From an uncultured Lachnospiraceae bacterium (GTDB lineage: Bacteria; Bacillota; Clostridia; Lachnospirales; Lachnospiraceae): a stretch of DNA of 64,000 nt. Below, piece by piece: positions 1 through 9,429 of this stretch. Where the stretch lies: NCBI GenBank assembly GCA_947652735.1, contig CANTEG010000015.1, positions 2,165-66,164 on the forward strand, written 5' to 3'. Each line of letters begins with the position of its first letter. Position 1 is the first letter of the stretch. The translations under genes and the position numbers were made by a program. Below the pieces are notes generated by a model. It worked only from the letters and a program-made list of their open reading frames with translations. It was not told the DNA's origin and ran no database searches.

Positions 1-1526
1 TTGATTTCTTCATAGGTAGCTTTGCTCTCCGCAGCCGTCAAATCAAGCTCATCCATCGTGAGTTCAACCTCAATATGATGCTCGACATTGAGTTTGGACA
101 ATAAACATACCGTCTCCACATGCCCCGTCCCAGGAAATTCATCTATCGCACACGCCCGCTTTACCTCATAACCCCTACTCGTTATTACTTCCAAATCCCT
201 TGCAAGCGAGGTCGGCTTGCAGCTTATGTACACCATCTCGCTTACATTAAACGCCAGAATTTTTTCCAGCGCCTTAGGGTTAATTCCGTCTCGTGGCGGG
301 TCAAGTATGATAACGTCAGGCTTATCCTCCACAAGGTCGATTGCCTTAAGTACATCCCCCGCAATAAATTCACAGTTGTCAAGACCATTGCACTTTGCAT
401 TTTCCCTTGCCGCCTCAACAGCCTCCCCGACAATCTCTATTCCTATGACCTTTTTGGCAACAGGTGCCATCATCTGGGCAATTGTGCCCGTCCCACTGTA
501 AAGGTCAAAAATAACCTTATCTTTGGCACCACTCACAACAGCATTTTCATTTAATTCTTTGCCCATAACTGTTCCTGACATGATATATTCTCTTGCTTTT
601 GAGTAAAGCACCTCACAGCCTTTCGTGTTTGTCTGGAAAAATGAAAATGGAGAAATCTTGAATTTAAGTCCCATTACTTCCTCAATTATGAAGTCATTTC
701 CCACAAGAATACGCATATTGTCACATGCAACCACATCACCCAAGGAATCATTTTCCGTATATAAAATGCCTGCAATACTGCCGCAGAATTCATCCCCCTC
801 AGATAGAGCCTTCAGTCCATTTGCAAATTCATCAAGAATTAATGTCTCATCAAATCCAAATTTTTCCCACTGGGTAGATGCCACAAGGTTTACAAGAAAC
901 TCCCCTGTTGCAAAGGATTGCCGCACGACAAGATTACGCAAAATGCCCTCATGCCTCATTTTGTGGTAATAAGGAACCCCCTTATCCTTAAAAAAATCCA
1001 AGGTAAAATCAAGGATTTTACCCCACTCCTTTTTTATGATACAGCATTCGCTTACCTTTAATATGTCATGGAAGCTTCCCTTCTTGTGAAGTCCAAGACA
1101 AAGTGGTCCATCCTTAAACTCGTCCCCAAAGGTAAACTCCATTTTATTTCTATATTCGTATCTCATGGGCGAGGCAAATATCCCCTCCCAAATACATTGT
1201 GTATCAACATATTTTCCTATAAGTTTTTTTACCATCTTTTCTTTTAACAAAAGCTGATTTTCATAAGACATTGTCTGATAAGAACAGCCACCGCACATTC
1301 CAAAATATGGACACTTCGGCGACTCATTTTCCATTGGCGATTTTTCAAGAACCTCAAGAAGCTTTCCCTCTGCCATTCCACTCTTTCTTTTTGTAATCAT
1401 AAAACGCACCTTTTGTCCCTCAAGTGCCCCCTTTATAATTACCTTTCTATCCTCATATATAAGACTTCCCTTATTGGGAAAATCGTATCCTGTTATAATC
1501 CCCTCGCAAATATCTCCCTTTTTCAA
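1..1526 (-). CDS. rlmD: 23S rRNA (uracil-C5)-methyltransferase RlmD/RumA; 3' end runs off the window
   Basis: Not in the ORF track; translated by hand from TTG at 1526. Shows TRAM-like N-terminus, Fe-S motif CPYFGMCGGC, FFQTNT, DLYSGTGTI, ILDPPRDG, catalytic YISCKPTSLARD and DEFPGTGHVETV. The frame is still open at base 1. Confidence 0.93.
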   Translation of the reverse strand, partial: MKKGDICEGIITGYDFPNKGSLIYEDRKVIIKGALEGQKVRFMITKRKSGMAEGKLLEVLEKSPMENESPKCPYFGMCGGCSYQTMSYENQLLLKEKMVKKLIGKYVDTQCIWEGIFASPMRYEYRNKMEFTFGDEFKDGPLCLGLHKKGSFHDILKVSECCIIKKEWGKILDFTLDFFKDKGVPYYHKMRHEGILRNLVVRQSFATGEFLVNLVASTQWEKFGFDETLILDEFANGLKALSEGDEFCGSIAGILYTENDSLGDVVACDNMRILVGNDFIIEEVMGLKFKISPFSFFQTNTKGCEVLYSKAREYIMSGTVMGKELNENAVVSGAKDKVIFDLYSGTGTIAQMMAPVAKKVIGIEIVGEAVEAARENAKCNGLDNCEFIAGDVLKAIDLVEDKPDVIILDPPRDGINPKALEKILAFNVSEMVYISCKPTSLARDLEVITSRGYEVKRACAIDEFPGTGHVETVCLLSKLNVEHHIEVELTMDELDLTAAESKATYEEI

Positions 1527-1546
1527 TTAGGCAGTTCCTCCATCTT

Positions 1547-2029
1547 CTATATATGCTCAAACGTATACGTCACATTTTCATCGTCATCTATTTCCATAAT
1601 TATAAATGTTTTCTCATGTCCTGTCTGTCTCGGATAGGTCAAGCTCCCTGGATTTAACACGGTCACATCCCCATCCTCGTCCAAAAACGGCACATGGGTG
1701 TGCCCATACATAACAATATCACAGTCATTTTCCAGTGCCTTGTACACGAGCAAATCAGGGCCAAAATGTACATTATATCTGTGTCCATGAACTGCAAGCA
1801 CCTTATGGCTTCCTATGTAAAACATAAGCATGTCCCGCAATCCCATACCATAGTCATTATTTCCCGCGACCATATAGGTAGGCACGCCTGACATATGCTC
1901 CACTTCCAGATAGTCATATCCGATATCACCGAGATGTATCATCATGTCTATCTTTCCTGCCTTTTTTATTGCCTTTTGCACGTTTTCATTACGCCCATGC
2001 GAATCACTGACAATCAGAATTCTTCTCAT
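1547..2029 (-). CDS. Metallophosphoesterase (YfcE/YsnB, calcineurin-like)
   Basis: Motifs SDSHG, HLGD, VAGNND, VHGH, YGHTHVP, LNPGS. Start moved to MRRIL because of a GGAGG RBS. Confidence 0.9.
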   Translation of the reverse strand: MRRILIVSDSHGRNENVQKAIKKAGKIDMMIHLGDIGYDYLEVEHMSGVPTYMVAGNNDYGMGLRDMLMFYIGSHKVLAVHGHRYNVHFGPDLLVYKALENDCDIVMYGHTHVPFLDEDGDVTVLNPGSLTYPRQTGHEKTFIIMEIDDDENVTYTFEHI

Positions 2030-2198
2030 AATTCCTCCAATAAATCTGAACCCCAAACAATCGCAAAACCCCTCATATTAATAAATAGTCATGCACAAAA
2101 CGAAACTTTTGTAGAAATACGTTGTACAACTAGATTTTAGTATTCGTACGTTAGCTTATGGCATGATAAACAGAGTTTCGCAATTGCCTAATCTAAAT

Positions 2199-2780
2199 CT
2201 ATAATACCTCTTTAATCATCCTAAGCGCTTTGCCCCTATGACTGATTTTATTCTTCTCCTCAGGGTCAAGCTGGGCAGTCGTTTTGCCATACTCAGGAAC
2301 ATAAAAAATCGGGTCGTAACCAAATCCATTTTCGCCCGCTGGCTCATGTGCAATTGTTCCCTCGATTGTTCCACGTCTTGTTTCAACCCTGCCGTCAGGC
2401 CATGCGGCGGCTATGGCACACACAAACCTTGCAGTCCGCTCTTCTTCAGGAAGTCCTTCGAGCTTGTCCATAATAATTTTATTTTTTACGGAATAAGGGG
2501 TGTCAACGCCCTCAAATCTGGCGGAATAAATTCCAGGTGCACCATCCATGGCATCTACCTCAAGTCCGCTGTCATCTGCAAGCACAAGACATCCTGCCAG
2601 CTTGCTTATAGCGGTTGCCTTAATCACTGCATTTTCCTCAAATGTACTGCCATCCTCAACGATATCCACATCAATTCCAGCCTCCTTCATTGACATGATT
2701 TCGTACCCTGAATCAGCCAGAATCATTCTGATTTCCTTCATCTTGTCCGCATTTCCAGTCGCAAAAATTAATCGTTCCAT
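2199..2780 (-). CDS. rdgB: Non-canonical purine NTP pyrophosphatase (RdgB/HAM1)
   Basis: FATGNADK, EDGSTFEENA, ADDSGLEVDA, GAPGIYSAR, GFGYDPIF, KISHRGKA. Start moved to MERLIF (RBS GAGGAAAG). Confidence 0.95.
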   Translation of the reverse strand: MERLIFATGNADKMKEIRMILADSGYEIMSMKEAGIDVDIVEDGSTFEENAVIKATAISKLAGCLVLADDSGLEVDAMDGAPGIYSARFEGVDTPYSVKNKIIMDKLEGLPEEERTARFVCAIAAAWPDGRVETRRGTIEGTIAHEPAGENGFGYDPIFYVPEYGKTTAQLDPEEKNKISHRGKALRMIKEVL

Positions 2781-2824
2781 ATCTTTCCTCACAATCTTAA
2801 AATTATTTATATTATCAAAAAGCA

Positions 2825-2976
2825 GTTGTGCAATATAGACAATATCACACACAAGACATTGGGGAGCCGTCGGTACTTAGGTGACGAATATTCTGAGGAC
2901 AAAGTCACCTTATGTACCGTTACGTGCGACGCATAGCGAAAGCGTGTCTTGTGGTGTTTTGTCTATATTGTGCAAC
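2825..2976 (+). ncRNA. Candidate 6S-like rod-shaped RNA
   Basis: Outer stem 2825-2858 with 2945-2976, inner stem 2871-2885 with 2904-2919, separated by an asymmetric central bubble. Outer-stem mismatches are G-U wobbles only on the + strand. Bubble-flanking TTGGGGAGCC resembles Firmicute 6S RNA (recalled, not searched). Confidence 0.55.
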
Positions 2977-3004
2977 GGAAGTTTGCAAAAACTTAATTGT
3001 ACAA

Positions 3005-4708
3005 TCACCTGTTATTTGTAAATGCCTTAAGGCAAATATTACACTTTTCCGTTTTCTCTGCACTGTGCCACAATTCACCGTAAAGGCTGATATAGCCCTC
3101 ACCGTCAGTGATATCAAAGTTTTCTGTTCTCTCGTCATCCTCAATATTATACTCAATCGCAATTGGATGAATTGCTTTCGGCGTCTTCACTCTGACAACC
3201 ACTGCAAATTTCCCATCATCGTTAAGCTCTATCGCCTTAGGAAGCTCAACGGTATAATATCCCGCATATTTCATGCTTCCCGCCACAATAAATTCCTTAT
3301 CTGCAAATGATTTCGTGTCCTGAAAATCCTTGACAATATAAATCTCGAACTCCGTATCCTTGTCCGTTGCATAAAATGACACGGCGGCAAGCTCCTCATT
3401 TTTTCCTGCCGTGTAGACATTGGAAAAATATGCCTCCTCCTTTCCAAAGCCCATCTGCCCAATCCAGCCAAGCAGGTCTGCCTGATAAATATTATCAAAA
3501 TTATCCGCCTTGCCAACCTTTGTATAGACAACAGATTTTCGGCAAATATTTACATCCTCATAGGACACATAGAAAAATCCATCCTCACCGAAGCTGTCAC
3601 CCCAGCTGTTTTTACAAATAAATGCACCGTCATTTTCAGGTTGTATTGTAAAATTCTCCTTAGGATAATTGTCATCCCAGCCGACTACGACAACATCGTG
3701 GTTCGGCTCCTCGTCACCATCATAATAATAGGTGCAGTTTTCCTCCGAGTAGTAAGCAGAAACACTGTCAAAATATTCCATCTGGGAATATAATGACGTC
3801 TCAATTCCACCATACCGGAAAATGGCACTCTTAATCGTATCAATTTCCTTGCCGTTTATAACAAGAGCCTCCTCAAGATGCTTAACCGCCTCAAGCGACG
3901 GGTCTGTAACACCGTCCCCATACGGGTCATCCCTCTCATATACAGGTCCTTGCCATGCCGCAAGGTAAGCAATACTCATCGTATGCTCTCCGCCCTTATT
4001 CAGGTCAAGATTATAACTGTTACACAGTGTCATGTGATCCGTGGAAAACATATTGCTTTCCGACGGAAGAAGCGTTGTCTCAAGTGCTCCCAAAGATGCA
4101 AATGCCCAGCATGTACCATATCTTCCCTGATCCCTTACCTCCGTAACCCTGTCGTAATCCCTCATGTCATAGGCGGCAGGAAGCTTTTTTTCTTCGCTTA
4201 CAAGAACAATATCAATCCACTGTTTTTCTACATGATACTCAACTCCATAGCTTATATATTCCGCTATCTCATCAAATGGAATAAACAGTGTGCTATCCTG
4301 AAACATAACTTTCGTTCCAAGCTTTACGCTGTCATAATCATTTACAACCGCAATATCAGAGCCTATCTCCATGACTATGGAGCAGTCGCCTTTCATCACA
4401 AGCACTTTTCCGTCACTGTACCTTAATACAGAACAAGACATCGGACCACGAAGAAAATCTCCCTCAACCATCAGTTTCAACTCATCGCTGACAAAAAAAT
4501 CATATCCAAGTCCCTCCACATTGGCACCAAAAACCGTGAAAACTGTCCCATCGGAATTTAATTTTTTCACAAGCTCAATCTGGAATTCATCTGCACAGCT
4601 TTCAAACCGTTTCGATTTATCAACCGTTACCACTGGATTCCTGTTTAACAAATATGCAATTACAACAAGTGACAAAACAGTTGCCACTACCGTACATATT
4701 CTTCTCAT
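3005..4708 (-). CDS. Membrane-anchored papain-family (C1) cysteine protease with copper-amine-oxidase-like stalk and C-terminal lectin-like domain
   Basis: VRDQGRYGTCWAFA (oxyanion Q, catalytic C), NHDVVVVGWDD (H), KNSWG (N). N-terminal hydrophobic anchor. Confidence 0.88.
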   Translation of the reverse strand: MRRICTVVATVLSLVVIAYLLNRNPVVTVDKSKRFESCADEFQIELVKKLNSDGTVFTVFGANVEGLGYDFFVSDELKLMVEGDFLRGPMSCSVLRYSDGKVLVMKGDCSIVMEIGSDIAVVNDYDSVKLGTKVMFQDSTLFIPFDEIAEYISYGVEYHVEKQWIDIVLVSEEKKLPAAYDMRDYDRVTEVRDQGRYGTCWAFASLGALETTLLPSESNMFSTDHMTLCNSYNLDLNKGGEHTMSIAYLAAWQGPVYERDDPYGDGVTDPSLEAVKHLEEALVINGKEIDTIKSAIFRYGGIETSLYSQMEYFDSVSAYYSEENCTYYYDGDEEPNHDVVVVGWDDNYPKENFTIQPENDGAFICKNSWGDSFGEDGFFYVSYEDVNICRKSVVYTKVGKADNFDNIYQADLLGWIGQMGFGKEEAYFSNVYTAGKNEELAAVSFYATDKDTEFEIYIVKDFQDTKSFADKEFIVAGSMKYAGYYTVELPKAIELNDDGKFAVVVRVKTPKAIHPIAIEYNIEDDERTENFDITDGEGYISLYGELWHSAEKTEKCNICLKAFTNNR

Positions 4709-4712
4709 TTTG

Positions 4713-5864
4713 TTACACTCTCTTCCTAGGTGGTTTCGGTCCCATAAACTGATAAAAATATGCTTTAATCATACCATTATATATTTTTCTGTTCTTATCT
4801 GCCCGTCTGCCGATATATTTCTCTGCATCCTCATAGGAGGTAATAAGATACATGGACCAGTCGCTAAGTCCTGCGAAGCTTTCCCCAATTGTTTTGTATA
4901 GTGCGGGCAATGCTTCCTTTTCCTCAAGCCGCTCCCCATATGGAGGGTTTGTAATGATAAATCCATAATGCTTCGGATGCTTCAAATCCTTTATATCTCT
5001 TGCCTGAAAATGTATGTATTTGTCGACCTCTGCTGCCTTTGCATTTGCCATGGCACACTTTACCGTTTCCGGGTCCAAATCATACCCCTGTATGTTCATT
5101 TCCACATCATGTCTAATCACATCATGTGCTTCATCGTAAGCATTGTACCATACTTTTTTTGAAATCAGCTTACCCCATGAATCGGCTGTAAACTCCCTGT
5201 TAATGCCCGGGGCAATATTGGCTCCTATGAGTGCCGCTTCAATTGGAAATGTACCGCTTCCGCAAAACGGATCGACCAGAACCCTGTCCTTGTTCCACGG
5301 TGTCAGCATGATAAGGGCGGCAGCAAGCGTTTCCGAAATCGGTGCTTTGGCAACAAGCTGTCTGTATCCTCTCTTGTGCAATGAGGTTCCCGTTGTGTCA
5401 AGTCCTATTGTTACCATATCCTTGAAAATAAATACGCGGATAGGATATTCGTCCCCATCCTCCTCAAAACGACTTACCTTATAGGTTTGACTCATTTTTT
5501 CCACAATCGCCTTTTTGACAATTGACTGTATTGCACTTCCTGAAAACAATGTACTCTTATTCGTCGTTGCCTTTGTAACCCAGAACTTGGCATCCCTTGG
5601 AAGAACCGCCTCCCATGCAATCGCCTTTGTTCCCTCAAAAAGCTCATCAAAAGTTGTTGCTTTAAAGCTTCCCATTTTCAGCAAAATTCTCTCTGCCGTT
5701 CTTATAAATATATTAGCCCTCGGAATAGCGGTCTCGTCCCCCTGAAATGTAACTCGTCCATCTTCTACGGATATAACCTCATATCCAAGGTCAATAATCT
5801 CCTTTTTTAATACTGCCTCAAGACCAAAATGGCATGGTGCAATCAATTCATACAGGTTGTCCAT
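4713..5864 (-). CDS. THUMP-domain class I SAM RNA methyltransferase (YpsC/RlmL-like)
   Basis: SLHKRGYR, APISETLAAA, DPFCGSGT, TNPPYGERL. Start at MDNLYE after a GAGG RBS. Confidence 0.92.
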   Translation of the reverse strand: MDNLYELIAPCHFGLEAVLKKEIIDLGYEVISVEDGRVTFQGDETAIPRANIFIRTAERILLKMGSFKATTFDELFEGTKAIAWEAVLPRDAKFWVTKATTNKSTLFSGSAIQSIVKKAIVEKMSQTYKVSRFEEDGDEYPIRVFIFKDMVTIGLDTTGTSLHKRGYRQLVAKAPISETLAAALIMLTPWNKDRVLVDPFCGSGTFPIEAALIGANIAPGINREFTADSWGKLISKKVWYNAYDEAHDVIRHDVEMNIQGYDLDPETVKCAMANAKAAEVDKYIHFQARDIKDLKHPKHYGFIITNPPYGERLEEKEALPALYKTIGESFAGLSDWSMYLITSYEDAEKYIGRRADKNRKIYNGMIKAYFYQFMGPKPPRKRV

Positions 5865-5928
5865 CTTTACCTCACATTTATCGTTTAAAAAATACAATTA
5901 TACTCTTAACATTTTATAGACAGGAGCA

Positions 5929-5978
5929 AAAGACGTCAAGTGCTAATAACAAAAAATCACCAAAGCACTGACGTCTTC
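5929..5978 (-). terminator. Inverted repeat downstream of the rhodanese gene (possible terminator, large loop)
   Basis: AAGACGTCAAGTGCT ... AGCACTGACGTCTT. Confidence 0.35.
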
Positions 5979-5994
5979 AAACAGCTTCCAAATG

Positions 5995-6318
5995 TTATCG
6001 CGATACGCCCTTTGACGGCTTAGTTAATGGCCCTCGATATTCCTTAAGCCCACCGATAGTGTTTATGACATTGAAACCTCTCTCTGCCAAAAGCTTTGCC
6101 CCCATTGAGCTTTTACCTGAATTTTCACAGTACAATAACAGTACCTTTGTCTTAGGCAGCGAATAATTGCCACATTGTATATCTTCCAGAGGCAGATTAA
6201 TAGCCATGGGAATATGTCCCCTGGCAAACTCTTCACTACTTCTTACGTCTACTATTATTCCTCCATAGTTCAGGGCTTCATTTAATATATTTCTAATATT
6301 AATATTGTGAAATCTCAC
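5995..6318 (-). CDS. Rhodanese-like domain protein
   Basis: IVDVRSSEEFARGHIPMAINLPL, LLYCENSGKS. Confidence 0.85.
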   Translation of the reverse strand: MRFHNINIRNILNEALNYGGIIVDVRSSEEFARGHIPMAINLPLEDIQCGNYSLPKTKVLLLYCENSGKSSMGAKLLAERGFNVINTIGGLKEYRGPLTKPSKGVSR

Positions 6319-6391
6319 CGTTTTCCGCCTCCTTTTTCTTACTTTAGTCTATTCAGAAAAAGTTCATATGTGACATGGCGGACACCCATAG

Positions 6392-6424
6392 AAAAAAGCC
6401 ACCGACATATGCCGATGGCTTTTG
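6392..6424 (-). terminator. Intrinsic terminator after the small Asn/Gln-rich gene
   Basis: AAAAAAGCCA...TGGCTTTT hairpin followed by a U-tract on the minus strand. Confidence 0.6.
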
Positions 6425-6434
6425 GGATTAGCAA

Positions 6435-6599
6435 CTACTGGTAACTGTTGAAGTCATTGCTCTCGCTATTGTTCTTCTGGCTGTTACTCTGATTGTTGTT
6501 CTTCTGGCTGTTGTTTTGCTTATTGTTCTGGTTGCTCTGGTTACTTTGACCATTGCTTGTAGTATTCTTTGTGTTGTTTGACTGATTATTCTGTGCCAT
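6435..6599 (-). CDS. 54-aa Asn/Gln/Ser-rich small protein (possibly gamma-type SASP-like spore protein)
   Basis: Not in the ORF track. AGGAGG RBS then MAQNNQSNNTKNTTSNGQSNQSNQNNKQNNSQKNNNQSNSQKNNSESNDFNSYQ, with its own promoter and terminator. Confidence 0.75.
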   Translation of the reverse strand: MAQNNQSNNTKNTTSNGQSNQSNQNNKQNNSQKNNNQSNSQKNNSESNDFNSYQ

Positions 6600-6667
6600 A
6601 ATGTCCTCCTAATTAGGGGTTTCCCCAACATATTTGCTCCATCTGATAGTTCAGATGTGACATAATA

Positions 6668-6697
6668 AAGTATGCCCGACAAATAAATGTTTTATAC
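6668..6697 (-). promoter_or_regulatory. Sporulation sigma (sigG/sigE-type) promoter
   Basis: GTATA-N18-CATACTT on the minus strand; the established sigG consensus is GHATA-N18-CATAxTA. Confidence 0.55.
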
Positions 6698-6716
6698 AGA
6701 CATTGACACATTTTTA

Positions 6717-8072
6717 TTATTTTCCCAGTCTTGCAAGAAGCTCCTTACGCTTCTCCTCATTTCCAGGCTTTCCTAAAAGTGCAAACATGTTTTTCTTGTA
6801 GCTCTCAACGCCCGGCTGGTTAAATGGATTTACACCAAGTACATATCCGCTCATTCCACATGCAAATTCAAACACGTAGAACAGCTCTCCAAGAGATGCC
6901 TCGTCAATTTTCTCCATATTAACAAGAATATTTGGAACTCCTCCGTCAACATGGGCAAGAATTGTTCCGTTCATAGCACATTTATTTATAAAATCAACTG
7001 ACTTTCCTGTAAGATAATTAAGACCGTCAAGGTCAACAGGCTCTTCCTCCATAATAACCTCAAGCTTTGGATTTAACACATTGATAACAGTCTCAAAATG
7101 GTTCTTCGTACCCTCCTGAATAAACTGTCCCAGTGAGTGAAGGTCTGTTGTAAAGTCAACAGCCGTTGGGAATATACCCTTGCCGTCTTTTCCTTCGCTC
7201 TCACCGTAAAGCTGCTTCCACCACTCAGAAACATAATGCAGTGACGGCTCATAATTTGCAAGAATTTCCATGCCAAGACCCTTGCTGTGAAGTACATTTC
7301 TGACTGCCGCATACTTCATTGCATCGTTTCCGTCAAAATCATTTGCAAGGCAGTATTCCCTTGCATTTGCTGCACCTGCCATAAGTGCATCTATGTCTGC
7401 TCCGCTTGCCGCTATCGGAAGAAGTCCTACAGGCGTGAGCACGGAGAAACGTCCGCCTACATCATCAGGTACTACAAATGTCTCGTAGCCCTCCTCAGTT
7501 GCAAGTGTTTTAAGGGCACCCTTTGCTGCATCTGTCGTTGCATATATTCTCTTTGCTGCCTCAGACTTACCATACTTAGCTTCAAGCTTTTTCTTGAAAA
7601 TTCGGAATGCAATTGCAGGCTCCGTTGTCGTACCTGACTTTGAAATAACATTTACGGAAAAATCCTTATCTCCTATAACATCCATAAGCTGTGAAAGATA
7701 AGTGCTGCTTATATTATTTCCACAATAATAAATTTCAGGAGTTTTTCTAATCTCCTTGCTCACACAATTATAAAATCCGTGTCTTAACGCCTCAATTGCA
7801 GCTCTTGCTCCAAGATAGGAACCGCCAATTCCGATTACAATAAGAACATCTGAATCGCTCTGAATTTTTGCTGCTGCCTTCTTAATTCTTGCGAACTCAT
7901 CCTTGTCATAATTTACAGGCAAATCAATCCATCCAAGGAAATCATTTCCCTCACCTGTCTTGTCCAAAAGAGTTTTCTTAGCCGCTACAACTTTCTCAGA
8001 CATAGCTGCAACTTCATCCTTTGACGCCATAAACTCTGTGTTACTAAAATCAAATTTAATTGTCTGTGCCAT
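6717..8072 (-). CDS. pgi: Glucose-6-phosphate isomerase
   Basis: [38 protein letters not shown]. Confidence 0.97.
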   Translation of the reverse strand: MAQTIKFDFSNTEFMASKDEVAAMSEKVVAAKKTLLDKTGEGNDFLGWIDLPVNYDKDEFARIKKAAAKIQSDSDVLIVIGIGGSYLGARAAIEALRHGFYNCVSKEIRKTPEIYYCGNNISSTYLSQLMDVIGDKDFSVNVISKSGTTTEPAIAFRIFKKKLEAKYGKSEAAKRIYATTDAAKGALKTLATEEGYETFVVPDDVGGRFSVLTPVGLLPIAASGADIDALMAGAANAREYCLANDFDGNDAMKYAAVRNVLHSKGLGMEILANYEPSLHYVSEWWKQLYGESEGKDGKGIFPTAVDFTTDLHSLGQFIQEGTKNHFETVINVLNPKLEVIMEEEPVDLDGLNYLTGKSVDFINKCAMNGTILAHVDGGVPNILVNMEKIDEASLGELFYVFEFACGMSGYVLGVNPFNQPGVESYKKNMFALLGKPGNEEKRKELLARLGK

Positions 8073-8233
8073 CTTTCTTCTCCTTATTATTATCCTCTTT
8101 TTTCCGTTCTACCGCCCAGGTATATCTGCTTAAATGGATATACTTTTATGGTTCGCGGCTCATGTAAGCTATTATACCTTTGTTGCCAATTTTTTACAAG
8201 GCGAAATTAGGCATTACCATGCCATCATTTATT

Positions 8234-8698
8234 TTAACCTTTATTGACTGCATTATCCCGTTCAAGCTCCCTAAGTCTTTCATTAATCCTTTTTGCCTCA
8301 TTTCGGTTAAACATATAAAAGCAAAACCAGATTGCCATAAAAATGCCACAGGAGAATAAAAATTGAAAAACCGTGTAAAGCGGCCTATCCGAATAGAAAG
8401 GAATCCATCCCAAATAAACAGCCGTAGGGTAAAAAATACCCATTCCAACGCAAAAATGTATGATTACTTTTGCAAATTCGGATGGTCGGTTGAATTGGTA
8501 AATAACCGCCGTCCCGCCACATGCGATACCCACCAGCATCGCACCGACAGACTGCCTTGCAAAATCCTTAACGATTGGCATCAATGCATTTTCCCCACCG
8601 CCAATCAGGAAAGACAAACACATAATTACAAAACAGGTGCAGCCCCATGAAATACCGTACAAAATATATTTAATCACTAATTTAACCATTTGCTTCAT
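8234..8698 (-). CDS. DUF3021-type membrane protein (inhibitor partner of a LytTR regulatory system)
   Basis: Four hydrophobic segments and C-terminal EAKRINERL; overlaps the LytTR gene by 4 nt. Confidence 0.75.
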   Translation of the reverse strand: MKQMVKLVIKYILYGISWGCTCFVIMCLSFLIGGGENALMPIVKDFARQSVGAMLVGIACGGTAVIYQFNRPSEFAKVIIHFCVGMGIFYPTAVYLGWIPFYSDRPLYTVFQFLFSCGIFMAIWFCFYMFNRNEAKRINERLRELERDNAVNKG

Positions 8699-9144
8699 TT
8701 TAACCCCAACCTTTCTTTGAATGATTTTCGGAAGCTTCTGGAAATGTAATCCGTAATGCCATTTTTCATTACCAATTCCATTGTTCCATTAAAGCCAGCC
8801 TCAACATGGTGAATTTGCCTGATATTTATAATTGCAGATTTTGAAATCCGCACAAACTCTGTTCCGAGTATATGTTCCAGCTCATACAAAGGTCTGTTCA
8901 GGCTATATCTGTTTTTGCACTTATCATAACAGACGATTTCCCGTCCCTCCGTGCGGACTAATTCTATATTTTGCGGCTCAAGAAAATAGGTCTTTCGCTC
9001 TTTCACTGCAATGAGTGCCAATGAGCCGTTATCCTCCCGTTCCAGCATGGAAATAATTTCCGCAATGGGCTGTGTCATCTCCTTTATATGGATAACCGCA
9101 TATGGTTCTTTACAATCTACACTTATGTTACATTCCACTCTCAT
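8695..9144 (-). CDS. Stand-alone LytTR-family transcriptional regulator
   Basis: LYELEHILGTEFVRISKSAIINI...ISRSFRKSFKERL; no receiver domain. Confidence 0.88.
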   Translation of the reverse strand: MRVECNISVDCKEPYAVIHIKEMTQPIAEIISMLEREDNGSLALIAVKERKTYFLEPQNIELVRTEGREIVCYDKCKNRYSLNRPLYELEHILGTEFVRISKSAIINIRQIHHVEAGFNGTMELVMKNGITDYISRSFRKSFKERLGLK

Positions 9145-9377
9145 GGATATGTCTCCTCCTTTCCTTTGAATGTTAATTGTTAATCGTCAATTGCGAAATT
9201 CTGTCTTTTAAAAATATTTCTTATACAATATAGCTTAAGCTTATAATGATTATAACATAGCATCGTAAACCACGCGTGCATTTGAGCCGCAAATTTTGAC
9301 CACTTACACAATACAATCTGCCGCTTCCTGTTGCAATTCGTCAAGGATTTTTTCATCAGAAAAAAGTTCTCTCAACC

Positions 9378-9406
9378 TTGACAAAATATGTATTGATGCA
9401 TACAAT
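9378..9406 (+). promoter_or_regulatory. sigA promoter of marR
   Basis: TTGACA-N17-TACAAT. Confidence 0.8.
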
Positions 9407-9420
9407 GTATGCTAGCAAAC
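9407..9420. promoter_or_regulatory. Putative MarR operator 1
   Basis: GTATGCTAGCAAAC immediately after the -10; near-identical to the palindrome at 9911. Confidence 0.6.
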
Positions 9421-9429
9421 TAAAAAGAG

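Noticed and set aside
2089-2180. Short inverted pairs (TCATGC/GCATGA, CGAAACT/AGTTTCG) in a pseudoknot-like order
   Set aside because: Only 6-7 bp each in AT-rich DNA; compatible with chance.
6428-6682. ORF-track 84-aa T/R-rich ORF
   Set aside because: Alternative frame of the real 54-aa N/Q-rich gene, which has the RBS and promoter.
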